IMG/VR virus record: IMGVR_UViG_3300020045_007880
Coordinates: 1 to 26,827 of that record
Length of the DNA: 26,827 nt
Origin: a virus
Lineage: Duplodnaviria > Caudoviricetes
Reading direction: 5' to 3' (one strand)
Position 1 is the first letter of the stretch; each line of letters begins with the position of its first letter. The position numbers and the translations under genes are program-made. The notes beneath the pieces are model-generated. The model did not search any database. It worked only from the letters and a program-made list of their open reading frames with translations, and was not told where the DNA came from. Shown here piece by piece: positions 26,232 through 26,827 of the stretch.

Positions 26232-26246
26232 GTACCTAATTAAAGG

Positions 26247-26827
26247 TTATGCCGAACCTTTTGCAAGTGCGGCCGAGAATGTTCCGAAACAGAAAGCCGT
26301 TGATTGGTATGTAACCAATGCTAAACGTTCCTCAATTACCGCCAAAATAAGGTTGTAAATTGCGTCTGACTCGTTTTGGTCGTAAAACGTAATGTTTGCG
26401 GCCTTCCTGTCCCAAATCTGTGCGCCCATTGAAAAGTCTCCAACTAAAAAGTCGCCAACCGTCATTGCCGGTGTAATGATTATTTGCGCCCCGTTAATGG
26501 TTTGCGGTGCGCCGCTTCCTAACGAATAAAGGAAATACGGTGCGCCGTTATCGTCGCGTTCCTGGCGTAAAAGCATTGCATCCGTCGGGTGTAAAAGAAT
26601 ATAGTTAGGTGTAAAGTTCGCGGCCTGTACCTGTGTAACGGCGGCATCCAATACCATATAACGGTCAACCTTTGAGTCTTCCAATACGTCAACATAAGCC
26701 GTACCCGAAACGGTTAAACCTTTAATGTCTGACGAACCCGTGCCATAAAGTAATTTCGTGTCTTCGGTTTGTTTCAGTAACTCCAACCAACGGGTTGTAA
26801 GGTAACTTGTAAACATTGGCATATCTT
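26247..26827 (-). CDS. HK97-fold major capsid protein, 5' part beyond the window edge
   Basis: ED..LLYG.G....KGL, ILLHP.D...L...RD.NG, G.FLVGDFS, N......EERL......AF..G motifs. Confidence 0.9.
   Translation of the reverse strand, partial: DMPMFTSYLTTRWLELLKQTEDTKLLYGTGSSDIKGLTVSGTAYVDVLEDSKVDRYMVLDAAVTQVQAANFTPNYILLHPTDAMLLRQERDDNGAPYFLYSLGSGAPQTINGAQIIITPAMTVGDFLVGDFSMGAQIWDRKAANITFYDQNESDAIYNLILAVIEERLALVTYQSTAFCFGTFSAALAKGSA

Overview
The window is about 27 kb of a tailed dsDNA phage with siphovirus-type morphogenesis genes, probably infecting a Bacteroidota host (TAnnTTTG promoter boxes, a DUF5675-type lysis gene, Bacteroidota-phage-like fibre motifs). Almost all genes are on the minus strand. 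Read right to left, it contains: the 3' part of an HK97-fold major capsid gene and its terminator; a five-gene glycan-building cassette (GT25-like, a second GT-A-like transferase, a tandem double FkbM-like methyltransferase, a GT11 fucosyltransferase-like enzyme, a GT4 enzyme) whose genes overlap directly into the head-completion genes; tail tube, frameshifted tail chaperones, tape measure, hub, a 1198-aa fibre and a repeat/LRR protein; a lysis cassette; and an early/replication region (ERF, NinB-like, HNH-AP2, replication initiator with a structured leader, C5-MTase-like, VRR-NUC, DnaA-domain-IV-like protein). The standout candidate is a virion glycosylation system, possibly adding fucosylated and O-methylated glycans. 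All family calls come from motif recognition by eye; no database searches were run.
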